Below, piece by piece: positions 55,317-64,000 of a DNA stretch of 64,000 bases. The notes under the pieces are model-generated. The model worked only from the letters and a program-made list of their open reading frames with translations. It was not told where the DNA came from and searched no databases. The position numbers and the translations under genes were made by a program. Source of the DNA: a virus. Its lineage: Duplodnaviria; Caudoviricetes. Location: IMG/VR virus record IMGVR_UViG_3300021400_000686, positions 1 through 64,000 of that record; one strand, 5' to 3'. Each line of letters starts with the position of its first letter. The first letter of the stretch is position 1.

Positions 55317-55358
55317 ATTCTATCACATCTTGATCAATATGTCAATACCTATAGGTAT
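55317..55358 (-). promoter_or_regulatory. Sigma70 promoter carrying both operator types
   Basis: TTGACA-17-TAGAAT; ACATCTTGATCAATATGT at 55325-55342; TACCTATAGGTA at 55346-55357. Confidence 0.8.
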
Positions 55359-55447
55359 ATTTTTTTCGAATTTTCTCACCGTCAAAAAACATTTGCCAAA
55401 TCGACGCGGATATGATATAATGAACAAAATATTGTAAGGAGGTATTT

Positions 55448-55804
55448 ATGAAAGAATCCGATTACACGGCGCGTCAGTTACAGATTATCCGTGGGGAGGT
55501 ACCGCTTGACTCCGTTCGCGGGCGCGAACTTACCGTGATCATTAAAAACGCAACCGCGCTTAACGATAAAGACGTGTTGAAGATAGCCGAACCGATGAAG
55601 TCATCACTAAAGGCTAAACAGACCAAAAGCGCATATGATTACATCAACGAGTATTCCCAGAAGAACTACGCGAAGATTTCGGGGCTTTTCCCGCTTGATT
55701 ATAAGGACAAAGTGCAAGAAATAGCATCAGAACGCGGAATGTCGGTAAGCAGATTTGTTGTAGAAGCCGTTTGCGAAAAAGCGGGGCTTCCACTGCCAAA
55801 CTAA
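55448..55804 (+). CDS. Small divergent protein with a C-terminal ribbon-helix-helix-like region
   Basis: Promoter TTGCCA-17-TATAAT at 55393-55421, RBS AGGAGG; KVQEIASERGMSVSRFVVEAV; bidirectional terminator at 55803-55832. Confidence 0.65.
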   Translation: MKESDYTARQLQIIRGEVPLDSVRGRELTVIIKNATALNDKDVLKIAEPMKSSLKAKQTKSAYDYINEYSQKNYAKISGLFPLDYKDKVQEIASERGMSVSRFVVEAVCEKAGLPLPN

Positions 55805-55830
55805 AAAGAGTCGGGGCCAATCCCCGACTC

Positions 55831-56292
55831 TTACTTATTCATGATATTCGCCAAGCTTTGAAGAGCTCTCCCGTGTATCAATTGTGTCCGTCTCATATAG
55901 GAGTCTGTTCGATCAAAGAAATCCTCTTCTTCGCCGAACAGCATCCTGTTCACAGTATCCCACTTTTCGCAGTCCAGATATCGGATTTGCAATACTGCCT
56001 GTTCGTCTGGATTGTCGATCATACCGATCTTTTCCTCAAACATCTCGCTTTTTTGCTTCCGTTCAGGTTCCAAGACGCTAATCATGTGTTCTATGTGTTG
56101 TTTTCTATCCAACAAGTCGGTTTCATAATCATTGGACGGAGACGGATTTTTAGGCATGTCCGATAATGTCGGAGAACCAACCGTATACAACTTCGTCATC
56201 ACGACCTTTAACCGTTGGTTCTGATTATTTAACTTTCGGACAAGCCTTCTGTACCGTGTTAAGCTGTCTTTTACCTCAGCGACCGTTACCAT
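55831..56292 (-). CDS. DUF1492/RinA-like late transcriptional regulator
   Basis: VLQIRYLDCEKWD..IHGRAL. Confidence 0.65.
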   Translation of the reverse strand: MVTVAEVKDSLTRYRRLVRKLNNQNQRLKVVMTKLYTVGSPTLSDMPKNPSPSNDYETDLLDRKQHIEHMISVLEPERKQKSEMFEEKIGMIDNPDEQAVLQIRYLDCEKWDTVNRMLFGEEEDFFDRTDSYMRRTQLIHGRALQSLANIMNK

Positions 56293-56648
56293 TATTCTTC
56301 CTCGCTCATCATCCCAAATGGAAACTCGTTCGATTTCCCAGAAAAATACGCCTTTTCAGCAACCACTTCGATCTGCTTGATCCTTTCACCGTCTTGCGTA
56401 ATATGCAAACGTCTTTGTAGCCGCCCTACAATTACGATCCTGTCACCCTTGACGAAATTGTCCGAGATAAATGTTGCAAGGTCTTTCCATGCTACAATAT
56501 CAATAAAATCGGACACTCTCCCACCATTCTTGTCCCTTGCCTCGCGGGTATTGACAATCGTAAATGTCGCAATCGGCGTCCCGTCGGATGTGTTAGTCGC
56601 GCGTACATCCTTCAAGAGCTTTCCCTGTAAAATCACAATATTCAGCAT
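56292..56648 (-). CDS. ssb: Single-stranded DNA-binding protein (second, short copy)
   Basis: LNIVILQGKL..SDFIDIVAW..GRLQ OB fold. Confidence 0.75.
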   Translation of the reverse strand: MLNIVILQGKLLKDVRATNTSDGTPIATFTIVNTREARDKNGGRVSDFIDIVAWKDLATFISDNFVKGDRIVIVGRLQRRLHITQDGERIKQIEVVAEKAYFSGKSNEFPFGMMSEEE

Positions 56649-57316
56649 TCTTCCATCCTTTCCATCATACTTTTAATCCCATACTCTTTACTTAAATGCT
56701 TGTCTAAAGTAATCCCATCGTTAATATGATACATTTCCTTGAATTTGTCAAACGAATTTTCAGCTTCCTCCATGTGGGCTCCACATAGCGGAAGAACCTT
56801 TTCGCCGACGGCCAGTCGCCCAATCGGGAAGATATCCGCATGCCGTCCACAAACACAACACCGATGTGATGCCGTGCAAGCATATAAATAGTCCCCGATA
56901 TCGTCAACATAGTCCAGTAGAGAAAAATCGCACGGGATTTCCCAGTCGATTATAAACCGAACGAGGAACCTCTGGAACGACGCAACCAACGACATGCTCG
57001 CATCACTAAGACTGAACATCTCCATTTGCATCTGCAAATCCTCGGAAATGAACTTGAGCTTCATGAACTCCTTGGTCGGGTCAAGTCCCATACCAGTATA
57101 GTCTGATATTGCCCTGAGCAACGCGTAGCACGATCTCCGTTGTTTGTCCGACAGCGATCTTGAGTCCTTAAACATCACCGTACACTCTTTGTACCCGCGT
57201 TTTATCAGTGTCCCAAAGTCGTCGCAGTGCGCCTTAATTGTCAGTTCGCCAGTTGGACTAATATCAACAATCCGACCTTTTGTTGTGTCAACAGGGCTCT
57301 TCATACACATCCTCAA
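56642..57316 (-). CDS. Putative HNH-like nuclease
   Basis: LSDKQR, CCVCG..LPLCGAH; the His motif looks degenerate. Confidence 0.5.
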   Translation of the reverse strand: MRMCMKSPVDTTKGRIVDISPTGELTIKAHCDDFGTLIKRGYKECTVMFKDSRSLSDKQRRSCYALLRAISDYTGMGLDPTKEFMKLKFISEDLQMQMEMFSLSDASMSLVASFQRFLVRFIIDWEIPCDFSLLDYVDDIGDYLYACTASHRCCVCGRHADIFPIGRLAVGEKVLPLCGAHMEEAENSFDKFKEMYHINDGITLDKHLSKEYGIKSMMERMEEC

Positions 57317-57722
57317 TCATTATTTCGACTCTCGGTACCTCACCGTAGTATCGATTTATCACCGACTCGACAATTTGTACATCATCGTGATACGCGACCC
57401 CGTTCAGCGCATCCTCAACGACCTTCATCAAGTTGCTACTGTCGACCTTCTTTAGTGGGCGTATCTTCCCAGAGGCCATCATTGCCTTTTTCTTTTTGCT
57501 CGCGCTCGTTGGGATATCCAGATAGCCCGTGATCTCCATTCTCAAGGCCCTGTCTCTATCAAAATACTTATCCCCACATTGTCGCTCGTACTCTACGGCG
57601 ATCAAGTTTTCGTAGGTCGCCGTCGGCTTAGGCGTGTATGCCCTAACCACATTCCCCACATTTGTGAACCTTGGCCTACCCTTGCCCCTCGGCGTCCCCA
57701 TAATTGTGAACTCAACCCTCAC
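57288..57722 (-). CDS. rusA: RusA-family Holliday junction resolvase
   Basis: PRGKGRPRF..DSSN..K..DALNG..DD. Confidence 0.85.
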   Translation of the reverse strand: MRVEFTIMGTPRGKGRPRFTNVGNVVRAYTPKPTATYENLIAVEYERQCGDKYFDRDRALRMEITGYLDIPTSASKKKKAMMASGKIRPLKKVDSSNLMKVVEDALNGVAYHDDVQIVESVINRYYGEVPRVEIMIEDVYEEPC

Positions 57723-58578
57723 CTTTTAATAAATCTCTCATTTCCGCAAATCTGTCGTTCGCTTTTATTTTTCGCCAACTCTTCCCAGACAGCTTGAACT
57801 CAATCGGATAGCAAACCTCAAATATTCTGTCGTACAGTCTCCGATACCTCATGTCCTGTTCGTTTTTCATCTCGGCGAAGCTAATGTTCGTCGTGATAAT
57901 CATCGGAAGCTTCGAACGATACCTTTGATCAAGGATGTCAAAAATCTTTTCCATCGCGTACTCGGTATCTCGCTCCGCCCCGAAGTCGTCGAATATCACA
58001 AGGCTTGAACTTGTTATCTGATTGAGAATGTTCCGCTCTTCCTCGGAGCCTTGCCTTACGATGCTTAAAATCCTCGCGAACGATGTCATTAGCACCGTCG
58101 TCCCTCTTTCCATAAGTTCGTTGGCAATGCACGCACTCGCGAAGCTCTTACCAGTCCCCACATCACCGTAAAACAAAAGTCCTTGGTTCTTCTCTTTGAA
58201 AATTGGAAACGCTTCGACGTACCTTTTGCAATACTTCAAAATCTGCAAGTTATCGTCGTTGACCTCGAACTTGTCAAATGTTGCGTCATTGTATTTGACG
58301 TCAATCATCGAAGACAGCTTCATTCGGCGAACCATGTTTTTCCGCGCTTCCTCTTCACTGGCCTTCTGTGCTTCATAATAGGCGATTTCATCGCATTGGC
58401 ACGAGCACGGTACCTTTATCGTCTTCTTATTGAAAAACGTCACAAAGCGTTCTTTTTTGCGCCCACAGACCCCACAGTAAAGCAGTCCGTCCTCTCTTAC
58501 CTCATCGCCTTCTCTATGAACCATGTTCTGATATCCTTTTTCCACAATTCCGCCAATTGCGCCCGCAACGTCGTTCAT
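57712..58578 (-). CDS. DnaC/IstB-like helicase loader ATPase
   Basis: GDVGTGKS, VIFDDFG, IITTN; N-terminal Cys cluster. Confidence 0.85.
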   Translation of the reverse strand: MNDVAGAIGGIVEKGYQNMVHREGDEVREDGLLYCGVCGRKKERFVTFFNKKTIKVPCSCQCDEIAYYEAQKASEEEARKNMVRRMKLSSMIDVKYNDATFDKFEVNDDNLQILKYCKRYVEAFPIFKEKNQGLLFYGDVGTGKSFASACIANELMERGTTVLMTSFARILSIVRQGSEEERNILNQITSSSLVIFDDFGAERDTEYAMEKIFDILDQRYRSKLPMIITTNISFAEMKNEQDMRYRRLYDRIFEVCYPIEFKLSGKSWRKIKANDRFAEMRDLLKGEG

Positions 58579-58594
58579 TTTCTACCCCTTTGCT

Positions 58595-59041
58595 TTATTG
58601 GAACGGAAGCCCATCATCGTCAACATTGTCTGGGATCGGCATGAAGCCGTCATTGTCTTTGACGTTCTTCATCCCATTCTTGCGTCTGCGGTCTTCCAAT
58701 TCGTCCTCCGTCAACGAACCAGTTCCTTTTGACTCGCAAAACTCGTGGTTGTTTACGATAACGTCCGTTGTATATACTTTCCTTCCCTCGTTGTCGGTAT
58801 AACTTCCCGTCTGTATCCGACCAGTGACCATTATCTTTGTCCCCTTGGAAAGGAATTTCTCCGCGAACTCTGCCCCTTTATCAAACGCAGTACACGAAAT
58901 GAAGTCGGCACTCTGTTCGCCCTCATTTCTTTTTGTCCTACGGTCTACGGCGAGAGTATACCTTGCAATCGCCATTCCGCCCTGTGTATACCTTACCTCT
59001 GGGTCTTTAGTTAACCTTCCGCATAAAACAACTAAGTTCAT
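58595..59041 (-). CDS. ssb: Single-stranded DNA-binding protein
   Basis: GRLTKDPE OB fold; DDDGLPF acidic tail. Confidence 0.9.
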   Translation of the reverse strand: MNLVVLCGRLTKDPEVRYTQGGMAIARYTLAVDRRTKRNEGEQSADFISCTAFDKGAEFAEKFLSKGTKIMVTGRIQTGSYTDNEGRKVYTTDVIVNNHEFCESKGTGSLTEDELEDRRRKNGMKNVKDNDGFMPIPDNVDDDGLPFQ

Positions 59042-59907
59042 TTTTCCCCCTTAATTCCATATGGATCATCCTCGTCAAAACCCCACGTGTCCGTTGGTAC
59101 GTCATTTTTTAAGTAGTCCGTGAATGGCGTATCCGCAGAAAAGAATGTCGACGGATGTTTAATATACTTTTCTGGCGTGTGTGCTTTTCTGCACTCGTCG
59201 GCGTACGCCCTCACCGCTTTCTCTAACTCGTCGTCACTCCAACCGCTTGATATTCGTGCTTTATACGCCTTATAGGCCCTTCCCTTATCCTTCTTCCTTG
59301 GATAGAGCCTCCACACCTCCTCAAAACGGTCAGAGTAACTTGCGCTTTTTTCTTTTGCGCATGATGCGTCTTGCGCATTTGCGCACTCTTCTGTTGCGCA
59401 ATCATCGCTTTTGCGCACTTGCGTTGCGCATATATTATTATTATTCTTATTCTCTATATCTTCTTCTTTATCTGTACCGTTACGTAACGTTACATTTTCC
59501 GTTACATCTTCTAAGATGGCCTCCTTTTTCCGTTTCCTGTATTCGCTAACGCGTTTCCTTGTCTGCTCCCGAACCCTTTCAAGGCTCGCCGTGTTCTGGT
59601 ATTTCTCCCAGTTAGAAACCATGATCAACGAGTCCACTATCTCAATCATCTCAAATTTCTCGAAAAGACTGAGGGCCATCTGGACTGTTGATATTGGCCT
59701 ATTGAACTGGGCGGAAAGCAGTTGATCGGTATACGCTATGTCTTTCGTGAAATACACAAGACCACCGTCATTTATCTGCCCCGCTAAAGCCAACAGCTTA
59801 AACCATATCACTATCAGCGTATCACCGTTCGGCATGCATTCGATCTGCCGTATCTTACGATTATCGAACACATCGGTCATCAATTTAATCCACTTTACGT
59901 CTGCCAT
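59038..59907 (-). CDS. Phage replisome organiser / replication initiator
   Basis: VKWIKL..DVFD..IWFKLLALAG N-terminus; FEEVWRLYP..YIKHPSTF. Confidence 0.85.
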   Translation of the reverse strand: MADVKWIKLMTDVFDNRKIRQIECMPNGDTLIVIWFKLLALAGQINDGGLVYFTKDIAYTDQLLSAQFNRPISTVQMALSLFEKFEMIEIVDSLIMVSNWEKYQNTASLERVREQTRKRVSEYRKRKKEAILEDVTENVTLRNGTDKEEDIENKNNNNICATQVRKSDDCATEECANAQDASCAKEKSASYSDRFEEVWRLYPRKKDKGRAYKAYKARISSGWSDDELEKAVRAYADECRKAHTPEKYIKHPSTFFSADTPFTDYLKNDVPTDTWGFDEDDPYGIKGEK

Positions 59908-59970
59908 TTCTGCCCCCCTCTCGCATGGCAACGCCTACATGTCTGGGGCGGATAAACCGCCCCACCAGTA

Positions 59971-60753
59971 TTAAATAACCTTGGCAAGCTCAACAGCTTC
60001 CTCGTATTTACTCAGCATCAGGGCTTTCAGGTTTGGAATTCCATATTTGTCCCTAAGACGTACAAACGCGTTATTTCTGTCAGCGTTGTTGTCAAATCGA
60101 TCTCTAAGTATCGCAATTATGGAGTCAACTTGACTCTGCGAGATTGTCTCCACGCTTGCGATATTATCGCTTTTATTTGGGCGTTCATCCTTTACCACAA
60201 CGTCTCCGCTCGGCCCCTCCACGACATTTGCATTCTCCGCCTGAACGATTTCAGGAAGATCAGTGCCCGCGTAAATGTATAGGCCAAGCCCAAACATCGC
60301 TAAATTTTTCGTCAGACACCGCATGATCGTTTTGTTAATGTCAAACATTGTCGCAGAGTCTACGTGTTTTTCAATGTACTCCGTCTGGACGTTTCCGTAT
60401 CTGTCGTAAAAGCGCCCGTCCTCGGCTTTTTTGGCGTACTTAAAGTTCTTGTTGGCAACCTTGTACGAATACGGCTCCGCCTTCATTGCGTTATTCGCAC
60501 TGTCCATAACAGGAAGCCACATCTCCCTTGTCACGCCGTCTATGGTTACGGTCGTGAATACCATATACCCCGTCAATGGATCAAAAACATACGGGCGGTG
60601 GTTTTCATCCTTCCATACCTCGTATGTCGCATCTGGATAACGCTTAATAGCTTCATCCCACGCCCACGCCCACGAAAGATAGGTAAGCCCATTTCTTTCC
60701 TCGGTATGACCGTTCACATTAACAGCTCGCAAAGTATTGAACGCATCAGCCAT
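59971..60753 (-). CDS. Sak3/DUF1071-type single-strand annealing protein
   Basis: LTYLSWAWAW, MWLPVMD, INKTIMRCLTKN..GLGLYIY. Confidence 0.85.
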   Translation of the reverse strand: MADAFNTLRAVNVNGHTEERNGLTYLSWAWAWDEAIKRYPDATYEVWKDENHRPYVFDPLTGYMVFTTVTIDGVTREMWLPVMDSANNAMKAEPYSYKVANKNFKYAKKAEDGRFYDRYGNVQTEYIEKHVDSATMFDINKTIMRCLTKNLAMFGLGLYIYAGTDLPEIVQAENANVVEGPSGDVVVKDERPNKSDNIASVETISQSQVDSIIAILRDRFDNNADRNNAFVRLRDKYGIPNLKALMLSKYEEAVELAKVI

Positions 60754-60767
60754 TTGTGTTTCCTCCC

Positions 60768-61436
60768 TTATACTCTTACAGTCACCGTGACTTTTTCACG
60801 ATACCGAACCCCCGGTATAGACACCTTTCCTTTAGTCCCTCGGATCAGCGCGATAACGGCCTTTTCATCAACTGGGCGAATTTCAACCCCCGCGACCGAT
60901 ATCGGAACCGCCTCGGGATCGATTGAAACGATTTCCCAGTCTTTCCTCTGGCCAACGCCACCAACAGTTGGCTTTGCAACTTCGACTGTTGTAGACATCG
61001 CGCTTTCCATCACCGACGCCTCCGCTCTCGCAATTTCCGCCCCCTCATCGTCACCGATCAGGGAAGCTTCCTCCGCCTCGCGCATCTTGGCTTCCATTTC
61101 GGCCTTGGCAAGCTCTCTAATCCTCGCCTCTTCCTCTCTCTTTCTACGCTCAACCTCCATCATGTAGGACGCCATTTTGTCCTTTGTGGTTTTCTCCGCC
61201 TCCTTGAACGGATTAAGCGCTTCGGACTTAAATGCATTGACCTCCTTGTAGGCCTCGTACGACTTACGCCAGAACGGCTCAATCTTTTTCTCGATTTCCT
61301 TCTGCCTACGCTTCAAATCCTTCAGAAACTCGCCAGCTGTTTTGTATTGTTCATCGTTATGAACCTCGATTGCCGACGCCATCTGTTCCACCGCCGAAAT
61401 CTCTTTCAGCACCTCCTGTTTTTCGATCTGCTCCAT
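60768..61436 (-). CDS. Coiled-coil recombination-module protein
   Basis: Follows the promoter at 61462-61490; synteny with Sak3 and the nuclease. Confidence 0.6.
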   Translation of the reverse strand: MEQIEKQEVLKEISAVEQMASAIEVHNDEQYKTAGEFLKDLKRRQKEIEKKIEPFWRKSYEAYKEVNAFKSEALNPFKEAEKTTKDKMASYMMEVERRKREEEARIRELAKAEMEAKMREAEEASLIGDDEGAEIARAEASVMESAMSTTVEVAKPTVGGVGQRKDWEIVSIDPEAVPISVAGVEIRPVDEKAVIALIRGTKGKVSIPGVRYREKVTVTVRV

Positions 61437-61461
61437 AGCAAGTCCCCCCCTTTCACACTGT

Positions 61462-61490
61462 ATTTTACAACATATTGTGCAATATGTCAA
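61462..61490 (-). promoter_or_regulatory. Sigma70 promoter containing ACATATTGTGCAATATGT
   Basis: TTGACA-17-TAAAAT; palindrome at 61470-61487. Confidence 0.8.
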
Positions 61491-61493
61491 CAG

Positions 61494-62084
61494 TTAATTT
61501 GAATAGTCGTAAATCGTCTTGCACGCGCCGAAAGCCCTCCACGCCTCGGCATCTTTTGTCGGATACACAATCTCCTTGTACTTCCGATCTTTTGATAAAT
61601 GCAAGATTATTTTTTTGTCAATCGAAATACCTTGCGTGGCAAGCGCTTGCGCATATGCTTCCAGTTGCAAGCGATAATTCTTATCGATCACCGTATAGCT
61701 CGTTTTATAATCGACAAGCCACGTTTCGTCCCCGACCGTCGCGATCAAATCCGCCGTCCCCGCGTAACGCATGATCTTGTGGTAAAAACGATATTCGCAC
61801 GCTTCAACCTTTGGCGCCCTTAAGGCAAACCAATCTTCATACGCGCCCGTGTATCCAGAAAGAGTCGGTTCAATATCCATGATCCCGTACTTGTTGAACA
61901 GCTCAATCGCATTGTGCACAGCAGTTCCCTTATCCGCCGCGTTCTGCAAAACCACTGCGCTGATATGCTGATATCCCTTTGTGGTTATCGGTTCGATGAT
62001 TTTGCTTACAGACGGAATTTGTACACCGTTAAGCGTATAGATATGCCCCACTTCCTCAAATTCAAGCTCCCTCAGATTCTCCAT
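61494..62084 (-). CDS. PD-(D/E)xK exonuclease
   Basis: PSVS, GTAVH, YAGTAD, VDYKT, QLEAY. Confidence 0.85.
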   Translation of the reverse strand: MENLRELEFEEVGHIYTLNGVQIPSVSKIIEPITTKGYQHISAVVLQNAADKGTAVHNAIELFNKYGIMDIEPTLSGYTGAYEDWFALRAPKVEACEYRFYHKIMRYAGTADLIATVGDETWLVDYKTSYTVIDKNYRLQLEAYAQALATQGISIDKKIILHLSKDRKYKEIVYPTKDAEAWRAFGACKTIYDYSN

Positions 62085-62131
62085 CTTTACCCCTCTCCGA
62101 TTCTTCTATCGGCTCTACAAATATCGAAATA

Positions 62132-62359
62132 TCAATCGGCATCCCCACCATAAGGTAACGCTCCACGGTAAAATATTGTATTGAACTGTTTCAGCGAAAG
62201 TCCAAAAAGCCCGACAAGCATCAGCTTTTCCCCGTCGTCAAAACTACGCATTCCTCGCTCTTTGAGCGAATAAGATTGCTTCGTTATTCCGAGCTTGCTT
62301 GCCATGTCTTCTTGTGTATAGCCGAACAACGTTCGCAGTGCTTTTAACTCGTATCTCAT
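62132..62359 (-). CDS. Cro-like XRE HTH protein
   Basis: LKALR..YTQEDMASKLGITKQSYSLKERG. Confidence 0.85.
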   Translation of the reverse strand: MRYELKALRTLFGYTQEDMASKLGITKQSYSLKERGMRSFDDGEKLMLVGLFGLSLKQFNTIFYRGALPYGGDAD

Positions 62360-62379
62360 GCAAATCCCCCTATGCGAAG

Positions 62380-62510
62380 AGTATAGCATACCTATAGGTA
62401 TTTGTCAACGGCTAAATTTGTACTTTATGTTTACTTTTGAATATATTTTATACCTTGCGGTAAACATTTTGTTGATTTTGTAAACAAATTATTATATAAT
62501 AGGAAGAAAA
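62380..62510. promoter_or_regulatory. Divergent lysis/lysogeny switch region
   Basis: Leftward TTGACA-17-TATACT; operators TACCTATAGGTA at 62389-62400 and TACCTTGCGGTA at 62451-62462; rightward TATAAT near 62495. Confidence 0.7.
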
Positions 62511-62511
62511 A

Positions 62512-62898
62512 ATGAAAGGAGACAAAATGGACATATTAGTAAACAACGAGCAAGTGCTGATCGAGCTCGAAAATAAAGACTTTCACAGGTTCAATGAACG
62601 GGTAAGGCTTTTATCTTACGCGCGTAGTTTAGGATACCCAGACCTAACAAAAGCATGCAAAGTACCGCCCAACACGTTTTACCGCTACAACACAGGCATC
62701 AAGCACCCAGACGTTAAGACCCTCGCTAAGCTATCTGTCTTCTTCGGCGTGAGTATGAACTGGCTGATCGGGATCGAAGACTATGCCGTGAAAGAAGAAG
62801 AGCTCGTGGAACTTTTCAGAAGGGCGTACAAAGAGGATAAAGAAGCGATAATGGCGATCTTATCAAAATATGACGTCCAAAAGGAGACAAAAGCATGA
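62512..62898 (+). CDS. CI-like XRE HTH repressor
   Basis: TFYRYNTGIKHPDVKTLAKLSVFFGVSMNWLIG. Confidence 0.75.
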   Translation: MKGDKMDILVNNEQVLIELENKDFHRFNERVRLLSYARSLGYPDLTKACKVPPNTFYRYNTGIKHPDVKTLAKLSVFFGVSMNWLIGIEDYAVKEEELVELFRRAYKEDKEAIMAILSKYDVQKETKA

Positions 62899-63281
62899 TC
62901 TCTGGGGATACTGGTTATTGTCGTCGCATGTCGGAACATGGATACGACGAAGATGTCCTTATCGAATACTTATTCACGCTCGACGCTATTACTGGTATAG
63001 AGACCAGTGAAACGGATGACGCCATTGTCTTTTCATTCCGTCTTGACAATGAGTCGTGCCCTCTTCTTGTGTTCCGTGAAAGCGGTTGCACAACAAACCC
63101 TGAAGGTATCAGAAAGTTTTTATCTATTCACGGGCACCTTCCATTCGAGGCAGAAGATTTCTTTACCGATGTCGGGGAGGAAAACGGGATTGTTCCAATC
63201 CCACTCGAAAGCGAGGATTGTGACCCGATCATCTTAGCAGTGTACAGGCTAATGCGTGTCCTGAATTATCATGGCCAATAA
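62895..63281 (+). CDS. hypothetical protein in the immunity operon
   Basis: Coupled between repressor and integrase. Confidence 0.55.
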   Translation: MISGDTGYCRRMSEHGYDEDVLIEYLFTLDAITGIETSETDDAIVFSFRLDNESCPLLVFRESGCTTNPEGIRKFLSIHGHLPFEAEDFFTDVGEENGIVPIPLESEDCDPIILAVYRLMRVLNYHGQ

Positions 63282-64000
63282 AGTAGCAATTTATGTCCGC
63301 GTATCAACGCAATATCAAGTAGACCGAGAGTCGCTTCCAGTGCAACGGAGGGAGCTTTCGGCGTATTCCGAGTATGTCCTTGGGATCAACGACTATGAAA
63401 TATTTGAAGACGCGGGGTACTCGGCGAAAAACACGGACAGGCCATCGTTCCAACAGATGATGTCGAGAGTCCGACAACATGAGTTTTCCCACATGCTTGT
63501 GTGGAAAATTGACAGGATCAGCCGAAATCTTCTCGACTTTGCAGAAATGTACGCTGAGCTTAAAAAGCTCGGCGTGACTTTCGTGTCTAAACACGAGCAG
63601 TTTGATACGTCTACCGCCATCGGCGAAGCCATGTTGAAAATCATCCTTGTGTTTGCTGAGCTTGAACGGAAGATGATCGGCGAACGAGTCGCGGCGGTAA
63701 TGCTGTCTCGCGCATCAGAGGGAAAGTACAACGGAGGAACCCCTCCCTTCGGATACACGAGGGACGGAACAACAATTGTCGTCAACGAGGAAGAACGCCC
63801 CACGGTGGAACGGATATACAAGCTATATCTCTCAGGGGAGTCAACCCACAGCATTTCCAAAATGCTAAACAACGAAGGCGTGAGCAAACGCGGAGCGACT
63901 TGGTGCGCCCAAACAGTACGCGCCATTTTAAGGAGTCCAACGTACATCGGTACAATGCGGTACAACGTGTCCGACCTTGAAAAGTCAAAAATTAAGCCAA
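63271..64000 (+). CDS. Large serine recombinase (integrase), 3' end outside the window
   Basis: My translation: MANKVAIYVRVST..EDAGYSAKNTDRP..VWKIDRISRN..PPFGY; no stop inside the window. Confidence 0.92.
   Translation, partial: MANKVAIYVRVSTQYQVDRESLPVQRRELSAYSEYVLGINDYEIFEDAGYSAKNTDRPSFQQMMSRVRQHEFSHMLVWKIDRISRNLLDFAEMYAELKKLGVTFVSKHEQFDTSTAIGEAMLKIILVFAELERKMIGERVAAVMLSRASEGKYNGGTPPFGYTRDGTTIVVNEEERPTVERIYKLYLSGESTHSISKMLNNEGVSKRGATWCAQTVRAILRSPTYIGTMRYNVSDLEKSKIKP

Noticed and set aside
1-64000. Stop-codon reassignment
   Set aside because: Genes are full length and tightly packed under the standard code, and no convincing suppressor tRNA was seen.
62900-64000. att site
   Set aside because: The integrase runs off the window and no flanking host junction or core repeat is identifiable.

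Overview
Most of a temperate siphovirus genome, probably from a Clostridia-type host. Nearly all genes are on the minus strand. From right to left: a large serine integrase (cut off at the window end) and a divergent CI/Cro-like switch; replication and recombination genes; an early operon with an amidoligase/GATase pair; terminase; a very long head region; DUF2213 protease/scaffold and DUF2184 capsid; tail and receptor-binding genes; lysis; and an operon ending in a cluster of tRNAs and tRNA-like RNAs around a Ro60/TROVE-like vWA gene. Four things stand out. (1) A standalone Cas7/RAMP-like gene (49939-50676) lies directly downstream of a ~520-nt non-coding tract with 5-nt NN-(G)GY periodicity, a candidate RNA-guided system. 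(2) Ten proteins around the portal/terminase share an N-terminal I-R-x-K-W-x-x-R-x-D leader but carry different effector domains (ARTs, RelA/SpoT, Ntox50 RNase, zincin), several followed by separately promoted antidote genes. (3) Several tRNA scaffolds keep the acceptor, D and T arms but have the anticodon arm replaced or deleted. (4) The tail-tip genes are split into anchor and head modules, next to a poly-G translational switch. All domain calls come from motif recognition by eye; no database searches were run.
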